DNA from: a virus
Length of the DNA: 64,000 bases
Strand: one strand, 5' to 3'
Virus record (IMG/VR): IMGVR_UViG_3300044655_001360
This document shows, in pieces, positions 38,317 to 45,800 of this stretch. A program made the translations under genes and the position numbers. The notes under the pieces were generated by a model. The model was not told where the DNA came from, searched no databases, and worked only from the letters and a program-made list of their open reading frames with translations. Positions within the stretch are counted from its first letter, which is position 1. Each line of letters begins with the position of its first letter.

Positions 38317-38576
38317 CTTTTAATTCTCGAGAAAAATCTAGGGTGAATAAGACAAAGTATTCTATTAAATATAGTTGGTTCAATATCTCTAACTGGTACT
38401 AGATGAAATTCGCAAGGACTATGTTGTAAATCATCATTTTGGTACCACATAACATGTTCAATGGCTTTGTATTCGTCAAGAGTTGGCAGTCTCCAACCAT
38501 CACCTAAACAAAAACAATACAAAACAGCATCTACATACGACATTCGGTTTTCTGGTGGTTTTCCTACTTCAATCAT
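38313..38576 (-). CDS. DUF1566/Lcl-like protein, paralogue 4 (short form)
   Basis: DA.LYCFCL..GWRLPT..E...PVRD. Confidence 0.65.
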   Translation of the reverse strand: MIEVGKPPENRMSYVDAVLYCFCLGDGWRLPTLDEYKAIEHVMWYQNDDLQHSPCEFHLVPVRDIEPTIFNRILCLIHPRFFSRIKR

Positions 38577-38832
38577 CGGTTATATCTCGCACTGGTATGG
38601 TATTCGAAACTTCATTTGTATTACTTTCACCCTCGCTATCCCAAAAAAGATAGCATGAACTTCTCAGTTGATTAAATTGCTCCCACAGAGTCACACCAAT
38701 TAAGGCATGTTCTGCGCTAGTCGGTAATCTCCAACCAGTCTTACCATTAATCGTAAGAGAGAAGCAATACATCTTAGCTTCATCGAATGTTAAATCTTTC
38801 CAGTATTTCTCGTTTGCAAACTCAAAGTTCAT
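38569..38832 (-). CDS. DUF1566/Lcl-like protein, paralogue 5
   Basis: Start MNFEFANE; YCFSLTINGKTGWRLPT...PVRD. Confidence 0.7.
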   Translation of the reverse strand: MNFEFANEKYWKDLTFDEAKMYCFSLTINGKTGWRLPTSAEHALIGVTLWEQFNQLRSSCYLFWDSEGESNTNEVSNTIPVRDITDD

Positions 38833-39047
38833 GTTATATCTCGCACTGGGGTTACTGGTAATGGTTCTGGACATTGCTCGTTTAAGTACCAACCTCGTAT
38901 GTTATAATGGTATTGAAATTCTTTGTCAGTCGGCATTCTCCATCCAATCTTACCATCGATGTTCAATGCAAAGCAATATAGCAATGCCTCGTCGTATGTT
39001 AACCAATTTTCCGATGTAGGTGCTATTTCAATTTTTGATTTCATCAT
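38829..39047 (-). CDS. DUF1566/Lcl-like protein, paralogue 6 (short form)
   Basis: IEIAP...YCFALNIDGKIGWRMPT...PVRD. Confidence 0.7.
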   Translation of the reverse strand: MMKSKIEIAPTSENWLTYDEALLYCFALNIDGKIGWRMPTDKEFQYHYNIRGWYLNEQCPEPLPVTPVRDIT

Positions 39048-39340
39048 CTTTTAGATCTCACGGCTCTAACCTTATTTTTACTTTCACGATGGGCATGAAA
39101 CTGGTGGTGAATTCCTCGATACGCGAAGCCTTTTTGAACCCAAATGCTTACATCACCCCATTCTTCGCTAGTCCAATAATAATCATTACCATTGAGAAAA
39201 TCAACCATTATATTCAACTCTTTCTTGGTTGGCAACCGCCATCCTGTTTTACCATCTATACGAAGAGCAAAACAATACAACCTGGCATCATTCCAGTTGG
39301 CTAGTATCTCGGTTTCTTTAGGTGCTATTTCGAATTTCAT
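39044..39340 (-). CDS. DUF1566/Lcl-like protein, paralogue 7
   Basis: Family motifs; ends VRAVRSKR. Confidence 0.75.
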   Translation of the reverse strand: MKFEIAPKETEILANWNDARLYCFALRIDGKTGWRLPTKKELNIMVDFLNGNDYYWTSEEWGDVSIWVQKGFAYRGIHHQFHAHRESKNKVRAVRSKR

Positions 39341-39627
39341 AGTAAATCCCTAACTAACCTAGTTCTAATCTTATCATCAAGTTTATTTGCCTTGTGAAAA
39401 CTGTTTGACAAGAAACTTTTAACCCAGGCGCGTGTGGTATCAATCTCGGTCGAAGACCAATACCAACCATCGAAATCGTTATCGGATTTCCAAATTTCAC
39501 TAAATTCGTTTTTAGAAGGTAATCTCCATCCGATCTTACCATCGATATTAAGAGAAAAGCAATACAATCGGGCATTATCCCAGTTGGTTCGGATCTCAGT
39601 AGATTTTGGTGCTATTTCAAAGTTCAT
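39337..39627 (-). CDS. DUF1566/Lcl-like protein, paralogue 8
   Basis: Start MNFEIAPKS; YWSS...AWV..F...RLVRD. Confidence 0.75.
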   Translation of the reverse strand: MNFEIAPKSTEIRTNWDNARLYCFSLNIDGKIGWRLPSKNEFSEIWKSDNDFDGWYWSSTEIDTTRAWVKSFLSNSFHKANKLDDKIRTRLVRDLL

Positions 39628-39890
39628 AAGATTTCCAAACATTCTACAATTACGTTTTCAGAATCATCGCCTCTAAAGCGATTGCAAGAACGGGCATAAG
39701 ACTCAGCATCTATACGATTGCCATATACCTTGTGGATTTCATTACCAAACTCATTGCAACAAACCCAAACAACATCTAGTTTTTCAGAACGACTCTCTAT
39801 TTCACCCCATTCGGAATCGCCTGCGTTACGATGCGCAGTTAACCCAGTGGAATCTTTGCGTATATAAACAGTATGTTGGTGGTATTTCAT
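39624..39890 (-). CDS. Hypothetical early protein
   Basis: Start taken at MKYHQ with an AGGA RBS, downstream of the promoter. Confidence 0.55.
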   Translation of the reverse strand: MKYHQHTVYIRKDSTGLTAHRNAGDSEWGEIESRSEKLDVVWVCCNEFGNEIHKVYGNRIDAESYARSCNRFRGDDSENVIVECLEIL

Positions 39891-39918
39891 GTTGGTTCCT
39901 ATTAGTTGAGTTTTGCGT

Positions 39919-39946
39919 ATTATAACTAAAAGATAACTGATGTCAA
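39919..39946 (-). promoter_or_regulatory. Sigma70-like promoter with the 12-mer box in its spacer, driving the six-gene DUF1566 array
   Basis: TTGACA-tcaGTTATCTTTTAGt-TATAAT. Confidence 0.8.
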
Positions 39947-39993
39947 GCATATATTACTGTATTGTATTGCATTGTATTCTCGCGAGTAATGTC

Positions 39994-40015
39994 GCGAGCA
40001 CCGATAGGTGCGAGC
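39994..40015 (+). repeat. Hairpin element, copy 7
   Basis: GCGAG CACC GATA GGTG CGAGC. Confidence 0.9.
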
Positions 40016-40118
40016 CATAACCATTATGACAACTCAAATACTACCAAAATGGCAAACTAAATACAAGCAGTGCAGTACTTAACGCAGTTCAAACTTCAAC
40101 CAAAAAGGACTTCAAAGC

Positions 40119-41678
40119 ATGACGAGAAAAAGATCAAGACACACGGATTCACGCGAGTATTTCAACGAAACGCATGAACCAAATACCCCACCCCAAAGCA
40201 AAAAAGCCCGTAGTAAAAACTCCAGTAGTAAACACCAGCAGTCCCATCAACAAAACCACCAGCAACAACCAGACCCACAGCAAATGTCAATCGATCAACG
40301 ATTGGCTGCTAAACGTAAACGGGTTCAAATTCACCCCAAAAACCTTAGCCAAGAACAATACTTAATGGAACTTAACAATCCTAAAAAACAAATTGTTTTT
40401 GCTATCGGGCCAGCTGGTACTGGTAAAGCTCAACCACTGTTTTCAAAAATAAAAATTCCAGGCGGTTGGACTACTATGGGTGATATCGCAGTAGGTGATA
40501 AAGTCACTACTCCTGATGGTAATACCGCTAATGTCGTCGGCTTATTCCCACAAGGTAGTAAACCGACTTATTCAATCACCTTGCACGATGGTCGTTCTAC
40601 TCTAGCCTGCGCTGAACACCTATGGGAAGTATTCCTTGATAATAAACCTGCAGTCATCAATACACTAGAACTACTTAAACTGCGTTATCATGGCTCTATT
40701 ATGCCTTATATTCGCCTACCTAAACACGAAATCATGGACGATGTAGAACTACCAATCGACCCTTTCCAATTAGGTACTATGCTCTTAAAAGACGATAAAG
40801 CTATCCCAGCGGAATATCTCAACGCTTCTCGTTCACAAAAAGTTAAATTACTACAAGGTCTGCTCGATACCAGTATTCATGCTGTCGATTCTGGTAACCT
40901 AGTCTTTACTGCCGGTGCCTTGTTACAAAACTCTGTTGTCTACCTTGTGCGTTCTATCGGTGGTTCTGCTTGTATCAAAGACACTGGTGTTCATATTCGG
41001 TTTAGTATCGTTGAGAGTCCTTTAGAGTTAATGCCGGTGTTGTCAGTTGTCGAATCCGAGGTGGAAGAGTGTCAGTGTATCTTGATCGATAGTGAGGAAC
41101 ACTTGTATGTTACTGATAATTATATAGTTTCCCACAACACGCTAATCGCAACTCAGTGGGCCGTTGATCAATTTAAAGCTGGTAAATGTGATAAGATTAT
41201 TGTAACTAGACCTGCAGTTTCAAACTCAGAATCTCTCGGTTACCTTCCTGGTAATTTGGAAGAAAAAATGCTACCGTGGACTGTTGGTATGTTTGACGTT
41301 TTTTACGAAAACTGGACTAAGGCAGAAGTCGAGTGGTTGATGTCCCGTGACTGTATATCCATTTCCCCGATGTCGTATATGCGCGGACGTACAATGAAAA
41401 ATGCTTGTGTTATTGCAGACGAGGTGCAGTTATGTAACCCAAGCCAAATGAAAATGCTTCTTACTCGAATAGGTGATCAGTCAAAAATGATTTTGACAGG
41501 TGATCTCGCACAAGCAGATAGAGGAGAATTTAACGGGTTAAAAGATTTTATGGGTTTATATGACAAGGCGTCTGTGAATAAGGAAGAATCCCGAATTGCT
41601 ATTGTTAGGTTTAGCCATTCAGATATCGAGCGGCACCCGGCAGTTGCCGAGGTGCTGAAATATTACGGTGAAGATTAG
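40119..41678 (+). CDS. phoH: PhoH-family ATPase containing an intein
   Basis: GPAGTGK|intein|T, TRPAV, LGYLPG..EEK..P, YMRGRT, DE.Q, LLTRIG, TGDLAQ.D, DI.RHP. Confidence 0.93.
   Translation: MTRKRSRHTDSREYFNETHEPNTPPQSKKARSKNSSSKHQQSHQQNHQQQPDPQQMSIDQRLAAKRKRVQIHPKNLSQEQYLMELNNPKKQIVFAIGPAGTGKAQPLFSKIKIPGGWTTMGDIAVGDKVTTPDGNTANVVGLFPQGSKPTYSITLHDGRSTLACAEHLWEVFLDNKPAVINTLELLKLRYHGSIMPYIRLPKHEIMDDVELPIDPFQLGTMLLKDDKAIPAEYLNASRSQKVKLLQGLLDTSIHAVDSGNLVFTAGALLQNSVVYLVRSIGGSACIKDTGVHIRFSIVESPLELMPVLSVVESEVEECQCILIDSEEHLYVTDNYIVSHNTLIATQWAVDQFKAGKCDKIIVTRPAVSNSESLGYLPGNLEEKMLPWTVGMFDVFYENWTKAEVEWLMSRDCISISPMSYMRGRTMKNACVIADEVQLCNPSQMKMLLTRIGDQSKMILTGDLAQADRGEFNGLKDFMGLYDKASVNKEESRIAIVRFSHSDIERHPAVAEVLKYYGED
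40428..41138 (+). mobile_element. Class-3-type intein (237 aa) in the PhoH P-loop, with degenerate LAGLIDADG remnants
   Basis: Starts AQPL; block B HLW, block F CQCI, block G YVT...SHN; +1 Thr. Confidence 0.88.
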
Positions 41679-41689
41679 TTAGTAATAAG

Positions 41690-41712
41690 AAAAGGGCCTT
41701 ACGGCCCTTTTT
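41690..41712 (+). terminator. Rho-independent terminator after phoH
   Basis: AAAAGGGCC-TTAC-GGCCCTTTTT. Confidence 0.8.
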
Positions 41713-41721
41713 GTTTATATG

Positions 41722-41743
41722 GCTCGCACCTATCGGTGCTCGC
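41722..41743 (-). repeat. Hairpin element, copy 8
   Basis: Minus strand GCGAG CACC GATA GGTG CGAGC. Confidence 0.9.
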
Positions 41744-41829
41744 ATGATAAAAAGTATAAATACAAATGAGATTCGCGACTGTAGGAAGTCCAATCCCTCT
41801 AACATTTAATCTTAAAGGAGAATGCCAGC

Positions 41830-43134
41830 ATGAGTATTTATGCACCAGTCAAAAACCCAATTTCATTGGGTACACAATCAAACACTGTACAACCACAACC
41901 AACAACTTTACCCGAAGATAATCAAATCCCAGGGTATGTATATCGACTTACCTGTATACCTACTGGACAGTTTTATATAGGATCTCGTGTTGGGAATATC
42001 ACCGAAAAGAAAATGCCGAAAGAAGACTTTTGGATTAATTATCATACCAGTAGTGAATATGTCACTGAGTTAAGAATACTGTATGGGAAAGCTAGTTTCG
42101 AGTATGAAATCATTTACGAGGATTGTGATAGAGATAAAGTATTTTGGTATGAACAGGAACAAATCCAAAAACATTATAATGACCCATTGATTTTGAATAA
42201 ACAGGTTAATGGATATAAAGATAAACATAAAGGTAAATCTATACCAATATCCACATCAGGAAAACATAGAAAATGGGAAGTTACAGCACCGTGTGGTGTT
42301 GTGTGGGTAGTGAGTAACCTTGAACGATATTGCAAAAATAACGACTTAGATCCAGAAACGATGCGTGGTTTAGCGAGAGGAAAAGGTAAGCAATACAAAG
42401 GCTTTAAGTGCAGACTACAACCCAAATTACCAGTTCCAGCTTGGTATGTTACTATTGACATGGGTGACATTATAAAACCAATCGAACCTATTATGATATT
42501 AGGTAAAGTTCCGGTCATCGATATCAATATCAATCTAGTAGTACCGGAATTGCATGTGATTAAGTTTAAGCATAAGGAAAAGACTGAATCGTTGAGATCA
42601 CAGTATAAGAAATTAACTGCTGCTAAACCAGCAAAGAAACCAAAACCAGTGATACCATACAGCCCATCTGTTGCTAAAGGCTTGGCTAAAAAGAAAGCCA
42701 ATGGAACTCTTAGCTCGGCAGCTATAAAAGGTCAGGCAACACAGAGAAAGAATGGAACACATCAAAATGGTAACAAGGCTACCGTGTTAGCAACTAGAAA
42801 AGTGTGGGAGATTACTGATCCAGCTGGTAATATTACTATTACCAATGATTTGACTGGTTTTTGTAAAGAAAACGGCTTATCAGTTGCTTGTATGCGAGAT
42901 GTTGCATTTAATAGGCAGTTACAACATCGTGGTGGGTGGAAATGTAAAGAATGCGTTGGTGCTAAACCAGCAATTCATTGGGAGATTACGGACCCATTTG
43001 GTAATATAATTACAACTGATAATATAAAACAATTCTGCGAGGATAATAGTTTGAGTGAACCAGGTATGCGAAAAGTTGCACTTGGTTCCGCAAAATCACA
43101 TCGAGGCGGCTGGAAGTGTAAACGATTAGACTAA
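41830..43134 (+). CDS. Free-standing GIY-YIG-type homing endonuclease with three NUMOD-like repeat modules
   Basis: GYVY...FYIGSR and Y.TSS; three 'W.[IV]T.P.G......NL..[FY]C..N.L....MR..A.....GWKC'-like repeats. TATAAATA at 41755. Confidence 0.7.
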   Translation: MSIYAPVKNPISLGTQSNTVQPQPTTLPEDNQIPGYVYRLTCIPTGQFYIGSRVGNITEKKMPKEDFWINYHTSSEYVTELRILYGKASFEYEIIYEDCDRDKVFWYEQEQIQKHYNDPLILNKQVNGYKDKHKGKSIPISTSGKHRKWEVTAPCGVVWVVSNLERYCKNNDLDPETMRGLARGKGKQYKGFKCRLQPKLPVPAWYVTIDMGDIIKPIEPIMILGKVPVIDININLVVPELHVIKFKHKEKTESLRSQYKKLTAAKPAKKPKPVIPYSPSVAKGLAKKKANGTLSSAAIKGQATQRKNGTHQNGNKATVLATRKVWEITDPAGNITITNDLTGFCKENGLSVACMRDVAFNRQLQHRGGWKCKECVGAKPAIHWEITDPFGNIITTDNIKQFCEDNSLSEPGMRKVALGSAKSHRGGWKCKRLD

Positions 43135-43177
43135 AAGATAATGGGGCTCACGCGAGTGGGCCCTTTCTTTATAACAA

Positions 43178-43199
43178 GCTCGCACCTAGCGGTGCTCGC
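43178..43199 (-). repeat. Hairpin element, copy 9
   Basis: Minus strand GCGAG CACC GCTA GGTG CGAGC. Confidence 0.9.
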
Positions 43200-43215
43200 A
43201 ACACACAATAATAAA

Positions 43216-43503
43216 CTAAGCAGAAACAAACCCATGTTCACGTAGCAACATAAGGTCTACGAACTCCCAGCTGATAACCCGATAGAACATAGTCATAGCT
43301 TCACTATGATCGTCGTAGTCTCTTTCCATACCAGTATCATCTTCACCCCAAACGCAAACACGCCATTGGCCATCCCCATTTGTTGGATCTGGACCAGTCT
43401 GTGTAAAGGAAACACAAACAAGTTGCAGGTTATCCCAACCTTTTACTTGGTATGAAGGGTACCAATCATCGTGGGTTGGTTTGTATACGTCAATTCTTTT
43501 CAT
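43216..43503 (-). CDS. Hypothetical protein
   Basis: 95 aa with an AAGGA RBS. Confidence 0.6.
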   Translation of the reverse strand: MKRIDVYKPTHDDWYPSYQVKGWDNLQLVCVSFTQTGPDPTNGDGQWRVCVWGEDDTGMERDYDDHSEAMTMFYRVISWEFVDLMLLREHGFVSA

Positions 43504-43529
43504 AGTGGATTCCTTGTTTTAATTATCTT

Positions 43530-43865
43530 TTATAGGTCACGAACAGGTAATACAAAATACCGATTGTATGGTATATTGTTTTTGCCTGGTATGCAATACG
43601 TTTGGAATCCTTTTCTGAAATCTTGAGTCCAAATGGCTTTGTCGAAATCTGGGTTATCACATACAATATACGGGGTACATGACCAGTAACAAACTGGGTC
43701 AAACCTTTGCACCTGTAATCGATTATCAAGGTATATTTGATTCAATTCATCCATAGTTGGTAGTCTCCAACCTGTTTTACCCTCAATGTTTGCCATACAG
43801 TAGAATCTGGCATCATCGTAGTTTGCTTCAATTACTGCTGACTTCGGTGCTGTTTCAAAGTTCAT
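43530..43865 (-). CDS. DUF1566/Lcl-like protein, paralogue 9
   Basis: Family motifs (GWRLPT..EL, YWS, PVRDL). Confidence 0.75.
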   Translation of the reverse strand: MNFETAPKSAVIEANYDDARFYCMANIEGKTGWRLPTMDELNQIYLDNRLQVQRFDPVCYWSCTPYIVCDNPDFDKAIWTQDFRKGFQTYCIPGKNNIPYNRYFVLPVRDL

Positions 43866-44215
43866 AGGATTTCTCTATATCCGTTCCATTTGTAGATCAA
43901 CCTACCAAACCAACCGACTTCTGGTAGGGTTCTAACTGGGACTACCAAACGTGGAGTATTAAGTTCGTAGTCATTGATAAGTGGCCATGGTAACGACCAA
44001 CAATCACGTAAGATAGTATAACCATCAGCACTCCAACAACCACGGTTAGAAGCCCATTCCTCGTAATCTATGGATTTCGTAATCTTATGCAATTCGTTGG
44101 TGGTTGGTTCACGCCAGCCTACCTTACCGTCAATGTTAAGGGAGAAACAATACATCTTTGCTGTATTTTGTGGCATTTTAACCTGATATTCGGGTGGTGC
44201 TATTTCGATGTACAT
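43862..44215 (-). CDS. DUF1566/Lcl-like protein, paralogue 10
   Basis: IEIAP...YCFSLNIDGKVGWREPT...PVR. Confidence 0.7.
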   Translation of the reverse strand: MYIEIAPPEYQVKMPQNTAKMYCFSLNIDGKVGWREPTTNELHKITKSIDYEEWASNRGCWSADGYTILRDCWSLPWPLINDYELNTPRLVVPVRTLPEVGWFGRLIYKWNGYREIL

Positions 44216-44538
44216 AGTCGGTTAATAATCCGTTTGAAGAGATTTGGAGTTTTGAAAATAGGTTGTTTAGTTCTAATTGGCAAAACCAAACATTTACTAC
44301 TAACCCGTGAACTGGTGCAACCACCTCTGCCTTTTTGTAAGTTAATGTAAACATATCTGAACTCAAGACGAGGAGGTTCACTAGTCCAATAAGGGCCTTC
44401 AAATCTAAATTCAGCAACTGAGAGTTCAAGGAATTCTTTTTCTGTTGGTAAACGATAACCTAGCGTGAAGCAATAGAATACTGCTTCATCGTAGGGTAGG
44501 CGAGTCCAATACTTTTCTGGTGCTATTTCGATGTTCAT
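44200..44538 (-). CDS. DUF1566/Lcl-like protein, paralogue 11
   Basis: Start MNIEIAPEK; YCF...YRLPT..E...YWTS...PIR. Confidence 0.7.
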   Translation of the reverse strand: MNIEIAPEKYWTRLPYDEAVFYCFTLGYRLPTEKEFLELSVAEFRFEGPYWTSEPPRLEFRYVYINLQKGRGGCTSSRVSSKCLVLPIRTKQPIFKTPNLFKRIINRLCTSK

Positions 44539-44554
44539 ACGGTTTTCCTTAATA

Positions 44555-44576
44555 GCTCGCACCTAGCGGTGCTCGC
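44555..44576 (-). repeat. Hairpin element, copy 10
   Basis: Minus strand GCGAG CACC GCTA GGTG CGAGC. Confidence 0.9.
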
Positions 44577-44582
44577 GTTGAT

Positions 44583-44894
44583 TCAATTATCTTTTAGATC
44601 TCTCACTGGTCTAACTCCTAGTATTTCATGTGATTTCCCACCAGTTGAATGATATCCCGTGTCGAAAAGTGAGTAACAATACACGCAGTTATTATCATAG
44701 TCTACCTCAGTAGATGACCAGTAATACCCACCCAGTACAAAATCACTGTCTATTTTTCTTATTGACATCAATTCATCAATGGTTGGTAATCGCCAATCAT
44801 TTTTCCCATCGATATTAAGAGAGAAACAATACAGTTTAGCATCACTCCACGTAAGTCTTGTTTCGGTTGATTTAGGTGCTATTTCAATATTCAT
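44583..44894 (-). CDS. DUF1566/Lcl-like protein, paralogue 12
   Basis: Family motifs; ends VRPVRDLKDN. Promoter TTGACT-N17-TAGACT at 44926..44954 overlaps a 12-mer box. Confidence 0.75.
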   Translation of the reverse strand: MNIEIAPKSTETRLTWSDAKLYCFSLNIDGKNDWRLPTIDELMSIRKIDSDFVLGGYYWSSTEVDYDNNCVYCYSLFDTGYHSTGGKSHEILGVRPVRDLKDN

Positions 44895-44950
44895 GTGATT
44901 CTCGATTGGTTGTTATGTTTCAAGTAGTCTAAAAGATAATGCGAACAAAG

Positions 44951-45247
44951 TCAACTATTATCTTTTAGATCTCTCACTGGTCTAGCGTAACGAATGTGTT
45001 CTTTAAAGCTATGAGATCCCAGTTCGGAATGCCAGTTGTAGCATACTATCCAGTCGCCATCGTCGTTGGAAGTCCAATACCATTCATCGGAACTTTCAAT
45101 GTTTTGTGATTTTAGAAACTCTTGTTCCTTATTGGTAGGTAAACGCCATCCAATTTTCCCATCAATGGTCAACGAAAAACAATATAATTTAGCATCTTCC
45201 CAGTTCAATTCTTTTTGGAATTCAATAGGTGCTATTTCGATGTTCAT
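44951..45247 (-). CDS. DUF1566/Lcl-like protein, paralogue 13
   Basis: Family motifs; ends RPVRDLKDNS. Confidence 0.75.
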   Translation of the reverse strand: MNIEIAPIEFQKELNWEDAKLYCFSLTIDGKIGWRLPTNKEQEFLKSQNIESSDEWYWTSNDDGDWIVCYNWHSELGSHSFKEHIRYARPVRDLKDNS

Positions 45248-45324
45248 TCAAAGTCCGTAAGAAAATCAGCAAGCATAAAAGCAAAAACAAATAAGAATGC
45301 GATAAAAGTAAGAGTGTAAAACAT
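45244..45324 (-). CDS. 26-aa hydrophobic membrane peptide
   Basis: MFYTLTFIAFLFVFAFMLADFLTDFE; AGGAGA RBS; stop overlaps the next ATG. Confidence 0.55.
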   Translation of the reverse strand: MFYTLTFIAFLFVFAFMLADFLTDFE

Positions 45325-45355
45325 GTTGATTCTCCTAGTAGTTGATACTGTATGT

Positions 45356-45383
45356 ATTATACCTAAAAGATAATGGATGTCAA
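45356..45383 (-). promoter_or_regulatory. Sigma70-like promoter with the 12-mer box in its spacer
   Basis: TTGACA-tccATTATCTTTTAGg-TATAAT. Confidence 0.8.
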
Positions 45384-45480
45384 CATTTTTCGATGGGTAA
45401 AGAAAAGGGCCTATTGGATAGACCCTTTTGATACTTTGCGAGCTCAATATGACTAAAAGATAATCGTGTATTACCTCCTA

Positions 45481-45502
45481 GCGAGCGCCGCTAGGCGCGA
45501 GC
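45481..45502 (+). repeat. Hairpin element, copy 11
   Basis: GCGAG CGCC GCTA GGCG CGAGC. Confidence 0.9.
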
Positions 45503-45506
45503 CTAA

Positions 45507-45800
45507 CTAAGCCTTAATGACTTCAGCTGACTCAACCGCATCAGAACCGAACTCTAATCCAAGATGAGCAATATATGGATCTAGTTGGGCACCGATCTCG
45601 TTTCTATAGATTGTCAATACTTCTAAGAAATCATATTTCTTTTGTAGACTGTTCTTGATAACTTTCTGATCTTTAAGATCTAAGATTACGCTTGCTTGTT
45701 GCAAATTGCTAGGTGATACTCGGTTTTTGAAATCAGTTAACTCATCGTATGAACCGTTTTTGGTTAGTACATAAGTTACGATCATAAAGCGTTCTTTCAT
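45507..45800 (-). CDS. Hypothetical protein
   Basis: Start taken at MKERF (AAGGA RBS, ATGA overlap). Confidence 0.55.
   Translation of the reverse strand: MKERFMIVTYVLTKNGSYDELTDFKNRVSPSNLQQASVILDLKDQKVIKNSLQKKYDFLEVLTIYRNEIGAQLDPYIAHLGLEFGSDAVESAEVIKA

Noticed and set aside
32570-45247. Complete diversity-generating retroelement acting on the DUF1566 genes
   Set aside because: No reverse transcriptase, Avd or adenine-specific template repeat is visible in the window, and the paralogues differ by indels and at all bases. A DGR elsewhere in the genome is not excluded.
19155-45502. Hairpin elements as rho-independent terminators
   Set aside because: They have no U-tracts and occur in both orientations, and separate canonical terminators sit beside several copies (e.g. 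41690).
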